This document shows positions 1-11,100 of a DNA stretch of 64,000 bases, piece after piece. Below the pieces are notes generated by a model that saw only the letters and a program-made list of their open reading frames with translations, was not told the DNA's origin and did no database searches. The first letter of the stretch is position 1; each line of letters starts with the position of its first letter. The position numbers were made by a program, and so were the translations under genes. Location of the stretch: positions 64,001 to 128,000 of the forward strand of contig CAWHOE010000046.1 in NCBI GenBank assembly GCA_963830915.1, written 5' to 3'. Source of the stretch: a candidate division FCPU426 bacterium. Lineage in GTDB: Bacteria > Oederibacteriota > Muellerivitia > Muellerivitales > Muellerivitaceae.

Positions 1-406
1 TGTATCCCAACTCTTCCAGACCGTAGCGCACCATACGTTTGGCGACCTCGGTTCCAATGCCCATACCCCACCATTTTTTATCGCCGATCAAGAAGCCGAA
101 TTCCGCCGTCTTGTGGGAAGGGCGTTCGCTATAGAATTCCGCGGTACCGACTGGCAGCCATTTGCCATCCTCGTCCACCTCGATGACAAAGGACCTGGGC
201 AATTTCTCATCCTCAGCCGATCCGGACTTGGCGAACCACTTCTCGGCGTCCGAAAAGGTCTGGTCCACGAAATGCACGTCGAAAAGCCTTCTGACTTCCG
301 GATCGTTCCACCAGCCAACGATCGGTCCCCAATCCTTGCGGTTGACTGGACGAAGACGGCCCTTTTTTTCACCCCGATGAAATACGAAATCGATAATGTT
401 GGTCAT
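1..406 (-). CDS. RimJ/RimL-type GNAT N-acetyltransferase (partial, runs off window start)
   Basis: Not in the ORF track. My translation from ATG at 406 (GGGGAG RBS upstream) reads MTNIIDF...GRLRPV..DW..IVGWWNDPEV...VGTAEF...AEFGFLIGDKKWWGMGIGTEVAKRMVRYGLEELG and stays open to the window edge, with the typical RimL acetyl-CoA motif. Confidence 0.85.
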   Translation of the reverse strand, partial: MTNIIDFVFHRGEKKGRLRPVNRKDWGPIVGWWNDPEVRRLFDVHFVDQTFSDAEKWFAKSGSAEDEKLPRSFVIEVDEDGKWLPVGTAEFYSERPSHKTAEFGFLIGDKKWWGMGIGTEVAKRMVRYGLEELGY

Positions 407-486
407 AGCTCCCCTTTTTGATGCCTTATTACCCACTACCATAACGAAAAAAGTGTGGCTTTGACAACCCCTGAAGCAAGGGATTT

Positions 487-1962
487 TTATTCGGATGCCG
501 CCGGTTTGGCCTTGATCATCTGGATAAACCGCAACAATCGTACGATACAACGCCCTTTTCCAAGTATCTCAATGAGTTCAAATATATTAGGGCTGGCGGT
601 TCGGCCCGTGATGGCCAAACGCATCGGATGGACATACTCTCCGAACTTGCGTCCTTCCTGCGCGGAAGCCTGGCGAAGTTTATCTTCCAGGGTCATGGCA
701 TTAAAATCGATGGCCTCTTCCAGAACAAACACGATTTGTTGAAGGATCGGTATGGTCTCCAGCTTGAGGTATTTCTCCAGGCCTCCTTCATCATAGGTAT
801 GGACCTCCCCCAGGAAGTAGGTCAATTCTTGCCCGACATCGGAGATGGTTTTAAGGCTATTCTTGACGGTCGCGAGCATGCGCATCAAGGCAGGGCCGCC
901 TTCCCGCATGAAATCCTGGGTAATGGCGTCCGCTTCCCAGAGATATTCCAAACAAAGTTGATAGATCCGTTCGGCGTCAGCTTCGCGGATATAATGGCCG
1001 TTCATCCACTGTAATTTATCGTAGTCGAAACAAGCGGGACTTTTGACGACCCTTTCCAGGCCGAATTTTCGGACCAAATCTTCTTTTGAGAAAAGTTCCG
1101 TCTTACCATCGAGGGCCCAACCCAACAAGGCTAAATAATTTATAAGGGCTTCAGGAAGATATCCTTGGCGTTTGAACTCACCGACCGAACTGGCGCCATG
1201 GCGTTTGGAAAGTGGTGTACGGTCTGTTCCTAGGATCAAGGGGATATGGGCGAATTGAGGGGCTGATAAGCCTAAAGCCTTATAAAGAAGTATCTGTTTG
1301 GGCGTGTTGGAAATATGATCGTCACCGCGGATAACATGCGATATCTTCATCAAAGCGTCATCAACGGCCGCTACGAAGTTATAGGTGGGTTCCCCACCGC
1401 TGCGAACGAGGATAAATTCGTCGATTTCAGCATGTTCCACTGTGACCTGACCCCGGACCAGGTCTTGAAAAGTCGTCTGTCCCTCTGGGACCTTCAAACG
1501 CACGGAAAAATTATCCCCCGCCTTGGCCCTGACATCAGCCAAGGAAAGCCCCAGATTCCGACATTTTCCCGAATAGCGGTAAACCTTACCCAAAATTTGG
1601 GCCTCAGCCCTTTCTGCCTCCAACTCCTTGTGGGTACATAAACAGTAATAAGCCGTACCGGAGGAAATGAGTTTTTTCAGTTGTTCCCGATAGATCCCCG
1701 CTCTTTCGGTCTGCCGATAGGGACCATATGGGCCCCCGATCGATGGGCCTTCATCCCAATCCAGGCCCATCCACTGTAGATTGGTGATGATCGCTTCTTC
1801 ATATTCAGGTTTCGATCTTTCTCGATCCGTATCCTCGATCCGAAGGATGAATTTCCCGCCGGCATGTCTGGCAAAGAGCCAATTAAATAGGGCTGTCCTA
1901 GCCCCCCCGACATGGAGAAAACCGGTAGGGCTGGGCGCGAATCTCACTCTTACTTGACTCAT
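487..1962 (-). CDS. gltX: Glutamate--tRNA ligase
   Basis: VRVRFAPSPTGFLHVGG (HIGH), LRIEDTD, HVIRGDDH and LSKRHG motifs. Start placed at MSQVRVRF. Confidence 0.97.
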   Translation of the reverse strand: MSQVRVRFAPSPTGFLHVGGARTALFNWLFARHAGGKFILRIEDTDRERSKPEYEEAIITNLQWMGLDWDEGPSIGGPYGPYRQTERAGIYREQLKKLISSGTAYYCLCTHKELEAERAEAQILGKVYRYSGKCRNLGLSLADVRAKAGDNFSVRLKVPEGQTTFQDLVRGQVTVEHAEIDEFILVRSGGEPTYNFVAAVDDALMKISHVIRGDDHISNTPKQILLYKALGLSAPQFAHIPLILGTDRTPLSKRHGASSVGEFKRQGYLPEALINYLALLGWALDGKTELFSKEDLVRKFGLERVVKSPACFDYDKLQWMNGHYIREADAERIYQLCLEYLWEADAITQDFMREGGPALMRMLATVKNSLKTISDVGQELTYFLGEVHTYDEGGLEKYLKLETIPILQQIVFVLEEAIDFNAMTLEDKLRQASAQEGRKFGEYVHPMRLAITGRTASPNIFELIEILGKGRCIVRLLRFIQMIKAKPAASE

Positions 1963-2089
1963 AACCTGAAGTCCTTCTATTATTCCGTCCAAGGTTTCTA
2001 AAGGGTGCCTGGATTGAGGAATTTTTTAACCTTAAAACGAGGTCTAATGTTATGCTACTGAATAATTCATCCCCTGGAGCATTAAAGGC

Positions 2090-2470
2090 ATGAAAAAGAT
2101 TCCACGGCCGCAAAACCAAAACAATAAACGTACCAACCGCCGCGTGGTCATGGTGAAGTCCATAAGGGGGTACGTTAACAATACGTTGAATGATGGAACG
2201 GCGTTCCGAGCCCAACTCATTAATGTTAGTACCACAGGCTGCCAAATATATTCCAACAAAGGTCTGGAACCGAACACATCCATCAATTTAGATCTGGATT
2301 CCTTGGACGGAAGTCATTGCATGACCTACACCAGTAAGGTCGTTTGGGCCAAGAAAAACCCCATGAAATCCATGGGAAGATTCGCTTATGGGATCAATTT
2401 CGAGGTTATCACCGCGGAGCATATCAAGTTCTTGGAAAATAATTACTCTTTGAGTGCCCAGCCCGAATAG
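2090..2470 (+). CDS. Stand-alone PilZ-domain (c-di-GMP receptor) protein
   Basis: RxxxR (KRTNRR) and NxSxxG (INVSTTGC) motifs, followed by KVVW and a YGINF beta-barrel pattern. Confidence 0.8.
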   Translation: MKKIPRPQNQNNKRTNRRVVMVKSIRGYVNNTLNDGTAFRAQLINVSTTGCQIYSNKGLEPNTSINLDLDSLDGSHCMTYTSKVVWAKKNPMKSMGRFAYGINFEVITAEHIKFLENNYSLSAQPE

Positions 2471-2518
2471 CTTTTCGACCCCAATCACTTTCATCCCCAC
2501 ATTTCTTCAATGCATCGT

Positions 2519-3658
2519 TCAACTTCCGCCTGGGATGATGGCCTTTTTCAATACCATTAAAACGCCCTTATGCAGGCTATCCGTTTCAGCGGCGTTGGTC
2601 ATGGCTTTTTGGAATTGTGGGTTGATCTCCAAAGCCTTTTTAAACTCCTTCATGGAACGACTCACATCGAACCGACATTTAATTAGATAAGCGGTCCCTA
2701 GGTGATGATGCAAATCGGCGTAATGGGGATATTCCTCAATGACTTTGGTCAGTTTTTCAATGTATTGCTCGGTCATCTGAAGATCGATGCCTTCGCTTCC
2801 ATACAATAATGTTAACGTGAAAAAGAAGATGATCTCATCGCCGATCCTGGGAACATACCTAGGACGAACTTCCAGAAAAGTTTGAAAAGAAAGGGAGTAT
2901 TTCTTGTTCTTGAGATAATCGATGGCCATCATATAGTCCCGGTTTCGCACCTTGGGGTTCAGGGTCGCCGCCGTTTCCGCCTCGGTCCTGGCCCGTTCGG
3001 TCAATTCGGACATCTTTGAATCGTTCAGGTTGGAAGAGGAGTTAAGCAAGTATCCCACGCAAGCCGTGGCTAACCTAAGTCGGGCATCGGCGTAACGGGG
3101 ATTGATCTGAAGGGCCTGCAAATAACATTGAACAGCTTCGTCGAGTTCCCGTTTATAAAGGTGAACATTGCCAAGGTGATAATAAATATCTGCAAAGGAA
3201 GGGCCCAGATCCCGAGCGTGGCTCAGGATGGCCATGGCGCCGTCGTAATCCTCTAACAGGGTCAAGGTAATGCCATAACACTTCACCGCTTGGAGATGGT
3301 TCGGATCCATTTCCATCGATTTAAGGAATCTTTGGCGCGCGTCATCATAAAAACCGTTGGACAGAAAGATAACGCCGACCTTCCAACAAGCATCGGCAGT
3401 GGGTTTTTCATCGATTTTTTTATTTAGTCGGAAGATGGATTCAAGCTCTACAGTGCGGTTGCGGTGGATATCCTGCATGGCCTGTTTGAAGGATGATTCA
3501 TCCAAGCCTTCCGGCAGGTCGAATTCCCTTTGGGAAAGTATCCTGCCGCTTAGCAGGACTACCGAGGAGACCCGGTTTTTCCCAGGCACAGGATTAGTTT
3601 CAACGGTATAACTTTTGCCCTCGATTTCAATGAGGGAAGTGAGTGCTGCCCTTTCCAT
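2519..3658 (-). CDS. Tetratricopeptide repeat protein
   Basis: Several TPR-like helices (YADLHHHLG, ADIYYHLGN, ALQINPRY, ALEINPQF). No signal peptide. Confidence 0.85.
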   Translation of the reverse strand: MERAALTSLIEIEGKSYTVETNPVPGKNRVSSVVLLSGRILSQREFDLPEGLDESSFKQAMQDIHRNRTVELESIFRLNKKIDEKPTADACWKVGVIFLSNGFYDDARQRFLKSMEMDPNHLQAVKCYGITLTLLEDYDGAMAILSHARDLGPSFADIYYHLGNVHLYKRELDEAVQCYLQALQINPRYADARLRLATACVGYLLNSSSNLNDSKMSELTERARTEAETAATLNPKVRNRDYMMAIDYLKNKKYSLSFQTFLEVRPRYVPRIGDEIIFFFTLTLLYGSEGIDLQMTEQYIEKLTKVIEEYPHYADLHHHLGTAYLIKCRFDVSRSMKEFKKALEINPQFQKAMTNAAETDSLHKGVLMVLKKAIIPGGS

Positions 3659-3691
3659 ATCATTCCAAGTTCCGGATCGTCAAATCCCAGA

Positions 3692-4051
3692 TTATTTCTC
3701 GAAGCTCTTCTTGACCGCCGTTTCCACGTTCGGGTAAGACTTCAAGATCGTGTTGAATTCAAGAAGCTCGAAAACCTCGGAAACTTCGGGGTTCATTCCC
3801 ACCAGGACCAGGTCACCTTTTTGGTTTCGAATGCGTTTGATCTCGCTGATGAAGATACCCCATCCGGCGCTGCTGATATAGTTCACATCCTTAAGATCTA
3901 CGACCAATTTATATTTTTTCTCGTTCAGGACCGAAAGGAACTTCTTCTCGAATTCTGGGGCAGTGGTGGTATCAATGAAACCCTTGACCGAGAACAAGGT
4001 GATGTCCCTATTTTGCGAGTATTCGGATACATTCACCGAGATATTTTCCAT
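3692..4051 (-). CDS. STAS-domain anti-sigma-factor antagonist (RsbV/SpoIIAA-like)
   Basis: VKGFIDTTTAPEF and VVDLKDVNYISSAGWG (phosphorylatable Ser motif). GGAGG RBS. Confidence 0.92.
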   Translation of the reverse strand: MENISVNVSEYSQNRDITLFSVKGFIDTTTAPEFEKKFLSVLNEKKYKLVVDLKDVNYISSAGWGIFISEIKRIRNQKGDLVLVGMNPEVSEVFELLEFNTILKSYPNVETAVKKSFEK

Positions 4052-4098
4052 ATTTCCTCCGTTTGATACCCCAACCGGGGCTTATTATCACGTTGCTT

Positions 4099-6498
4099 TT
4101 AGACTGTGTCAACCTCATTGAGGGCGAATGCTTTCCGCTGGGAAACAGTGCTTAGTCCCTTTCGTTTGAGATACTCATAGATCAAGGGCGGTTCGATCTT
4201 CACCGGGTTTTTGGTTTTCCTCAATGCCTCTGAAAGTCTCTGTGGCCCGAATTCCGGATGCAGCCTCAATAGCGCGATCACGGCTTCTTTTTGGGGAAGG
4301 GATAGTTCCCGGATGGTGTTCTTGCTCTTGGAGACGATCGGTTTCAAACCTGCCGTACCCTTTTCGTCCATCATCTTCTTGAATCGATAATAAGCGTTCG
4401 TGGAGATGTGCATCTGTCGACAGGCCTCGGCAACGGACATCCCTTTTTTCTCCACCATATCGATGAGCTTCTTACGGAATTTGAAAACCACGTTCTCGGC
4501 CTTCATTTTTTCCTTGATGGCCACTACCGTAATGTCATCGTTCTGTTCGGCCCCCTTGGTAAATTGAGCGATTCCCTCATTAAGCTTCTCGACGAACTCC
4601 TGCGCGGTCAAATGGGCGTTATCTTTGATGACTTGAACTAGCCGTTCCTCGCCAAATTGCTCCTTTTGGGCGTTCATGGCCTCAGTGATACCGTCGGTAT
4701 AGATGACCAGCATATCGTTTTTCTGAAAACTGACCTTTTGAAGCGCCATATTCTTCCGGAACATGTCGTCCTCCGGCAGATCGATCCCTACCGGAAAACC
4801 CTTGGGTTTGAGGTAATAAACTTCCTTGGTCCCTCCGCGGTAAAGGATCATCGGGTTATGTCCAGCGCTAGCGAAATTGATGGATCGGTTTCGGGAATCC
4901 AGAATGATATAAAACATCGTTACAAACATGCCCTTTTTCATGTCGGACGTAACATGCGTATTGACCTTCCCCAGGACATCGGAAGCAGACTTGTTACCCC
5001 GGGCTTCCAGACGCATAGCCGTACGGATCATGGTCATGACCATGGAACCTGGAACGCCCTTACCCGAGACGTCCGCCACCACGATACCTAACGTGGTAGG
5101 GTCCACCCAGAAGAAGTCGTAATAGTCCCCACCCACTTCCTTCGCCGCCCTATAAGTCGCCCCGACTTCATAACCCTCGATCTGGGGAAATTCAGCGGGC
5201 AGAAGGGTATGCTGAATTTCCTGGGCCACCTGCATCTCTTTTTGCATCCGTTCTTGCTCCATCATCCCTTTCTGGGAGTCCTGGATGCGATTGGTCATTT
5301 CGTTGAAGATATTGGCCAGCTGGCCGAATTCATCTTGTGAATCCATCTCGATCTTGACGCTCAAATCCCCTGTGCTGATAGCGTGCACGCCTTCCAGGAT
5401 CTTCCGGAACGGCCTAATAACAATGAGAGAAAGCAGATAGAGACCCAACATCCCGACGATCGAAATGGCTAGGAATATCCTGCGGAAGTCCGACCTCATC
5501 TTGACCAACAGCTTTTGGATAGCGGCGTCCGGAATACCGGCATGCACTTCCCCAACCCACTGGTTATGGAAATAGATAGGAGAACCATAATCAGTTAGGG
5601 TTCCTTGTGAATCCTTGGCCCGGAATACCTGGATACCTGGATTCTTAGCGGATTTAATACCCGCTAGTGGTTGATACGGTTTAAACAGCTGGGTAAGGTC
5701 AGAATGGGCTAGGTATTTCCCTTCCGAACCGACAACGAAAAGATATTCCACCGTTTTTTCCGGGTCCTGGTCAAGCAATTGGCGGACCTTGCGTTCTAGA
5801 TCCAGATCATTTTTTTGAACAACTCCCGCCCCTGCTTCCGATGCCAGTGAACTGACTACCATATCCGCTTTATCTTTTTGGTGTTTTAAAACCAGATTCT
5901 CTTGGCGGGTACTGAAGAAAAAGAAAATGGCGAGGATCAACATTCCTACCAGACCCAAGGACCCCAATGTGAATTTCGCCGAAACCGAAACCGTCCCCTT
6001 CTTTAATCCCAATTCCCTTGGGGGCGTCTTGGTTAATTTTCGATAAAGAATCAGTTCGTTATGGTCCCCATAGGCCTTATAGGCGACCCGATGCATGACT
6101 TTCTTGATGAGCCATATACCCAAGCCACCCTTTTTTCCGATATCCACGTAGTAATTCAGGTCTGGATCCTTGACAGAACGGAAATCAAATGGTTTCCCAT
6201 AATCAGTGATCACGATCTTTAGGTCGCGGATACCGATCCCCATCTCCAGCAGTATCTTGCCATCGGTCACGCCTCGATAAGCGTGGCGGATGATATTGCT
6301 ACAGGCCTCATCAATGGCCAGCTTGATGGCCGAGATCTCTTTACTGCTACAGCCCGCGGCGTCACAGACCCTCTGGACAAAATCCTTTATTGCTAAAAGT
6401 TCCAGATCTACGGCCTGAACTTCCAACCGATAGGATCGCCTTTTGGCTTCGAACGAAAAATTCGATATTGATTGGGTTAAAAAATCTTTCAATTTCAT
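4099..6498 (-). CDS. Membrane-bound fusion: RsbW-like HATPase kinase, 2-TM sensor, HAMP, SpoIIE/PP2C phosphatase, C-terminal HTH
   Basis: LAIDEACSNIIRHAY, DYGKPFD and GGLGIWLI (RsbW); two TM segments; HAMP ...GDLSVKIEMDSQDEFGQLANIFNEM; VGGDYYD, ADVSGKG, YTDGITEA and DDIT (PP2C); SVAEACRQMHISTNAYYRFKK (HTH). Confidence 0.9.
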   Translation of the reverse strand: MKLKDFLTQSISNFSFEAKRRSYRLEVQAVDLELLAIKDFVQRVCDAAGCSSKEISAIKLAIDEACSNIIRHAYRGVTDGKILLEMGIGIRDLKIVITDYGKPFDFRSVKDPDLNYYVDIGKKGGLGIWLIKKVMHRVAYKAYGDHNELILYRKLTKTPPRELGLKKGTVSVSAKFTLGSLGLVGMLILAIFFFFSTRQENLVLKHQKDKADMVVSSLASEAGAGVVQKNDLDLERKVRQLLDQDPEKTVEYLFVVGSEGKYLAHSDLTQLFKPYQPLAGIKSAKNPGIQVFRAKDSQGTLTDYGSPIYFHNQWVGEVHAGIPDAAIQKLLVKMRSDFRRIFLAISIVGMLGLYLLSLIVIRPFRKILEGVHAISTGDLSVKIEMDSQDEFGQLANIFNEMTNRIQDSQKGMMEQERMQKEMQVAQEIQHTLLPAEFPQIEGYEVGATYRAAKEVGGDYYDFFWVDPTTLGIVVADVSGKGVPGSMVMTMIRTAMRLEARGNKSASDVLGKVNTHVTSDMKKGMFVTMFYIILDSRNRSINFASAGHNPMILYRGGTKEVYYLKPKGFPVGIDLPEDDMFRKNMALQKVSFQKNDMLVIYTDGITEAMNAQKEQFGEERLVQVIKDNAHLTAQEFVEKLNEGIAQFTKGAEQNDDITVVAIKEKMKAENVVFKFRKKLIDMVEKKGMSVAEACRQMHISTNAYYRFKKMMDEKGTAGLKPIVSKSKNTIRELSLPQKEAVIALLRLHPEFGPQRLSEALRKTKNPVKIEPPLIYEYLKRKGLSTVSQRKAFALNEVDTV

Positions 6499-8150
6499 TG
6501 TTTTTTCTTATTCCCATCATCGTTTTTGGTCTTACTATTTTCCGTCGGCTTATCCTTCAAGCGGTCCCTCGCCTCTTCTAGGTTGCGCTGAACTAAGTAG
6601 TTCTTGGGATTTCGATCCAGGACCTTTTCCCAAACCGATATGGCCTGTTGGTACTGGCCTTTCATGTAAAAATCCACGCCTTTGGCATAAAGATCGGTCA
6701 AATCCTTGGACATGGACTCCAAAGGCAAGTAATGGCTCTGAGCGTCATTATAAAAGTATTTCACCTGACGATATTCAGGATCTGTTTCATATACCGTTTT
6801 CAGACACTCAACGGCCGTTGCGTAATCCTCCCGGTCATACGCTTCCACTCCCCGAATGTAATTGTTGGAGACCAGCATCTTCCGGTCCACTTGCTTCAAT
6901 AGGCTCTTGGCCTCGGGATTTCCCGAATCCAAGCTCATGACCTGGCCCAGAAGGGGCAATGCTTGAGCTAAATTGCCCATTCCCATCTGACGGCGGATCT
7001 CCTTAAGTTGTTTTTGGACCTCCAGCCGTCTTGCCTCCTCAAGGGCCTGTATCGAGTGTTCCGCTTCCGAATCATCCGGGAATTCTTTTTGGACGGTCTT
7101 CCAAGACTGGATAGCGGCTCCAAAATCATTGGTCCTGGAATAGCTCCGAGCTACCCATTTTAAGAGATCCACCCGTTGAGCCTGGAGGGGATCTTGGTAG
7201 GATCCAAATCGGTAAGTCAGGGAAAAGCGGTGGAGGGTACCAAGATCGCTCTCGTTATAAGCGTAATCAAACTGGAAACCAGAAAATCGTAATCCCGCGC
7301 CTAACGTGGGACTGGTTCCATCGAATCCCGCCCTCCCAAAGAGGGTATTTTGCCAAACATACTCGGCTCCCGCCTTAATGGTTTTGTTCCCTATTTCCGG
7401 CAGCTCACCTTCAACGGTTAGCCAGAGAGCGCTTTTGGAGGAAAACTGATAGCGGTAACCGATGGCTGGCTTAAGAATCTGGACAGGGTCGTCAGCGCTC
7501 TGGAATAGTTTTGTTTGAGGCTTCAACAGATTTATGGCAGAAAAGCCGAGTAGGATATTCCGGTAGCCTAATTGGCTGTAGTCGGCTTGGTTACGGGCAA
7601 ACCGATAAAGAGCGCCTAAATCGACCCCCATCCCGCTACCCTGATAAGAATCCATCTGTTGAAGGATATATTTCACAGACGCTCCCAAATCCAGACCCTC
7701 ATAAACATCCAACCCATAACCCACTTGGCCCTGCCATTGAACCGAAGAAAACGTTGAAACAGCTTGGATATTATTGACCGTTTTAAGAATATTATCCGTT
7801 CCCAATCGGGCGAGGGAGAAACCAAAACTGCTATGAGCCGCCACGGGCTGGGCATACCCAATCGAATCGTAAATCGTATCAAGAAACAGCGGAGCGTGGA
7901 ATGTGATGATTTCCTGCTGGTTAAGCGTGCCAAGGGACGCAGGATTATCGATGAAACTATCCCCGTCACCTGACAATGCCGTATCCGCCCCCCCCATTCC
8001 CAAGGTCCTAGCCGATTCGCCAAGTGAGAAGGGCGAAACACTCCCTCCCGAAGAGAGAGTTTGGGCCTGAAGTACGACACCACAATTCAAGACAGCGGCC
8101 ATGAAAAAGAAGCACAACGTCTTGCCTGATTTGATTCCCAAGATTCTCAT
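6495..8150 (-). CDS. PorV/PorQ-like outer-membrane beta-barrel with C-terminal TPRs
   Basis: Signal peptide, SARTLGMGGA...NPASL N-terminal motif, barrel end FDYAY..SDLGTLHRFSLTYRF, then TPR helices. Confidence 0.8.
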   Translation of the reverse strand: MRILGIKSGKTLCFFFMAAVLNCGVVLQAQTLSSGGSVSPFSLGESARTLGMGGADTALSGDGDSFIDNPASLGTLNQQEIITFHAPLFLDTIYDSIGYAQPVAAHSSFGFSLARLGTDNILKTVNNIQAVSTFSSVQWQGQVGYGLDVYEGLDLGASVKYILQQMDSYQGSGMGVDLGALYRFARNQADYSQLGYRNILLGFSAINLLKPQTKLFQSADDPVQILKPAIGYRYQFSSKSALWLTVEGELPEIGNKTIKAGAEYVWQNTLFGRAGFDGTSPTLGAGLRFSGFQFDYAYNESDLGTLHRFSLTYRFGSYQDPLQAQRVDLLKWVARSYSRTNDFGAAIQSWKTVQKEFPDDSEAEHSIQALEEARRLEVQKQLKEIRRQMGMGNLAQALPLLGQVMSLDSGNPEAKSLLKQVDRKMLVSNNYIRGVEAYDREDYATAVECLKTVYETDPEYRQVKYFYNDAQSHYLPLESMSKDLTDLYAKGVDFYMKGQYQQAISVWEKVLDRNPKNYLVQRNLEEARDRLKDKPTENSKTKNDDGNKKKQ

Positions 8151-11100
8151 TATTTCACCACCGCTATTTTCAGCAGTAATTTTGTCCCATTAACATCAAG
8201 TTGGGCGTAATAGACGCCATTCAATACTAGGGAACCAAATCCATTCCGCCCGTCCCAGAAAACCCTTTGTAAACCAGGCTCAATCGTTTGACCCTTCAAA
8301 AGGGTGATGACCTTGCTGCCCATCACATCATATAGATCCAATGAAACCGTACTGGCTGCGTTCAAATAGAATTCGATAGTGGTGTTCTCCATACCGGCGT
8401 GGAATGGGTTGGGATAATTACCATAGGTTTTTGCCAGATCAGCCGCCGACAAGAACATCAAGCCTGTTCCCATAGGGAACCCAGTGGGATCTCCCGCGGT
8501 CGTAATGCCGACAGGGTTTCCGGTAACATAATCCTTAGCGCTAATGAAATTGGAGTTATCCAAAGAAAGGGAAACACTCTTAGCGAAGCCGTTAGGGGAA
8601 ATGTCACCCACCAGGGTCAATCCCAACGCCGATGCGTCCGGGACAAGAAATGTATTGGCCGGCATGATAAATGTGGTCGAGGCGGAAGACTGGGAACCCA
8701 CATTCAATGTGACCGCCTGGATACCGCTGACAAGGTACAGGTTCTCGAAAGCCGAGTCGATCGCCACATTCGTCCCGGCGCTATCCCGCGCGTGAAGAAT
8801 AATAGTGTCCGGTTGTATCGGATTTGTACCACTTTGAACTTTCAGATTCATATCCAATAAAGTAACACTCGATTGACCCAAGACCACCGTGGAAAGGAAT
8901 GGCGAGGAATGGACCACGTTCAAGAGAGTGCTATTCGTTCCTGCCTGAATCGTCAATAGATCGCTATTCCCTCTGAAAGCTCCATTTGAAAGGTCAGTGA
9001 CGGTCAAGCTCTGGTTCCCAGGCGAGAAGAATGTCACGGATTGGGTTGTCGTTCCAGCGACCAAAGATTTCGATCCCAAAAGTGGGGTTGTGGAGTCACT
9101 TGAAACAAAAGTAACCGGGTCGATGAAGGAGGTCAAAATATTGAAATAAGCGTCAACAGCATTGATAGTGGCGATCACCCCAGAGCCTGCCATGACCGCT
9201 AATGGCGCCCCCACATTCCCATCACCTGATTGGTGACCGAAATTGGAAGTTTGACCTGGCCATAAAACCTGGAATTTATTGAAAGAAGCCGGAACAACTG
9301 TCACCGGAAGGTTTGCCAATGATAATGATGGCGCGGAAGCCGTAAGGGTCCAATCTCCCGCTTTGTAATCCTGATAATAAAGCACAGCACGGGCGTTCCC
9401 CGGAAGGATATTCACAGTAGGAATCCCTGCCCCACCCGCGGTCAATGAGAAGTCATTGTCCCCTGTGGAATTCGATGTAAAACTAACCACCAGAGCGGAA
9501 GAAAGAGTCGCGGGGTTACCACCTGCATTACGAACCTCCACGGTGATCGGTCCCCCAGGTGAACCCGCGGTCCATGTCGGGGCCGATCCAAGCCAAGCCA
9601 ATTGGGTCGGGGGCAAGGGTGTCGGAGTCAGTGTTGGAGTTAAAGTAGATGTACAAGTCGGGGTGAATGTCGCCGTGCTAGTCGCGGAATTGGTAGTTGT
9701 ATTCGTCGGGGTATTGGTGGCTGAAGCACTCGCGGTGTTCGTGGCCGTATTGGTCGGGGTTTTCGAAGAAGTGTTTGTGGCCGTAGCGGTCATTGAACAG
9801 GTCGCGGTCATCGTATTGGTGGATGAGTTGGTAGAGGTTGGGGTAAGGGTGTTCGTCGTGGTATTGGTGGCCGTATTGGTCGCAGTATTGGTCGCGGTGT
9901 TAGTAGCGGTATTCGTGACTGTGTTCGTGGCTGTACAGGTTGCCGTGTTTGTGGATGTATTCGTGGGGGTATTGGTCGCTGTATTGGTCATCGTATTGGT
10001 GGCGGTATTAGTAGCGGTATTCGTGACTGTATTCGTGGCTGTGTTCGTGGTTGTACAGGTTGCCGTGTTTGTGGATGTATTCGTGGGGGTATTGGTCGCT
10101 GTATTGGTCATCGTATTGGTGGCGGTATTAGTCGGGGTATTAGTAGCGGTGTTCGTGACAGTATTAGTATTGGTCACTGAGTTCGTGCCCGTATTCGTCG
10201 CCGTACAGGTTGCTGTGTTCGTGGTGGTATTCGTGGCGGTATTCGTCGCTGTGTTCGTGGCTGAATTCGTGGCAGTATACGTAGCGCTATTGGTCGCTGT
10301 GTTGGTAACGGTGTTCGTAGCTGTATTAGTAGGCGTATTGGTCGCTGTATTGGTTGCGGTGTTCGTCGTGGTTGGTGTCGCGGCTGCCACCATATGAGTG
10401 TTCCCTGTCACTGTCGCCACCGCCACCACTGCCGCCCGTCCCGTAGATGCTCCTGCCCCCACGATGTTTTCGCTATCGATAATATTGTTGAAAGTCTTAC
10501 TGACCAGTCCGCTCTCATTCAAGCTGAAGACCAGTAAAAGCGTTTGGGGCGCACCAGATGTCAAAGTCACAACACCCGACAGATTCACGAAGGTAACTGA
10601 CCCACTTGTGTCGAAATTCAGATTCCCTTGGATCAACGTATCCGTCGCATCATAAAGCCCGTTCGCCGAGGGTTTATTGTCCAGGTACAATCCTACGCTT
10701 CCCGAAACCACGTCACTCTGCCAGTTCAGAGTCCCCCCTCCCGTTAAGACCAGTTGTTTAACTAGGACATTTTCCTGGGCGCTGGTAGTCAGGATAAACT
10801 GAACGCTGGACGCGTTCGTTTGGTTATAAGGATAGGTCTGGGACAAAGGCCAAACAGGCCCATGCGAGGATAGGGCCAATGAAATGGTCGGGGTATTGGT
10901 GGGTGTATTCGTAGCCGTGTTGGTTGCTGTATTCGTCGCAGTGTTTGTTGCCGTACTGGTCAGGGTATTGGTCGCGGTATTAGTAGGGCTATTCGTAACG
11001 GTATTGGTAGCAGTGTTAGTGGCCGTGTTCGTCGCAGTATTAGTCGCCGTATTGGTCAGGGTATTCGTCACCGTACAGGTCGCCGTATTCGTAGCGGTAT

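Noticed and set aside
88..421. Track ORFs 88-372, 113-421 and 162-380
   Set aside because: A different minus-strand frame (406 to the window edge) encodes a clear GNAT protein.
4099..4490. Intact IS element
   Set aside because: Only an HTH region fused in frame; no DDE domain, terminal repeats or target duplication seen.
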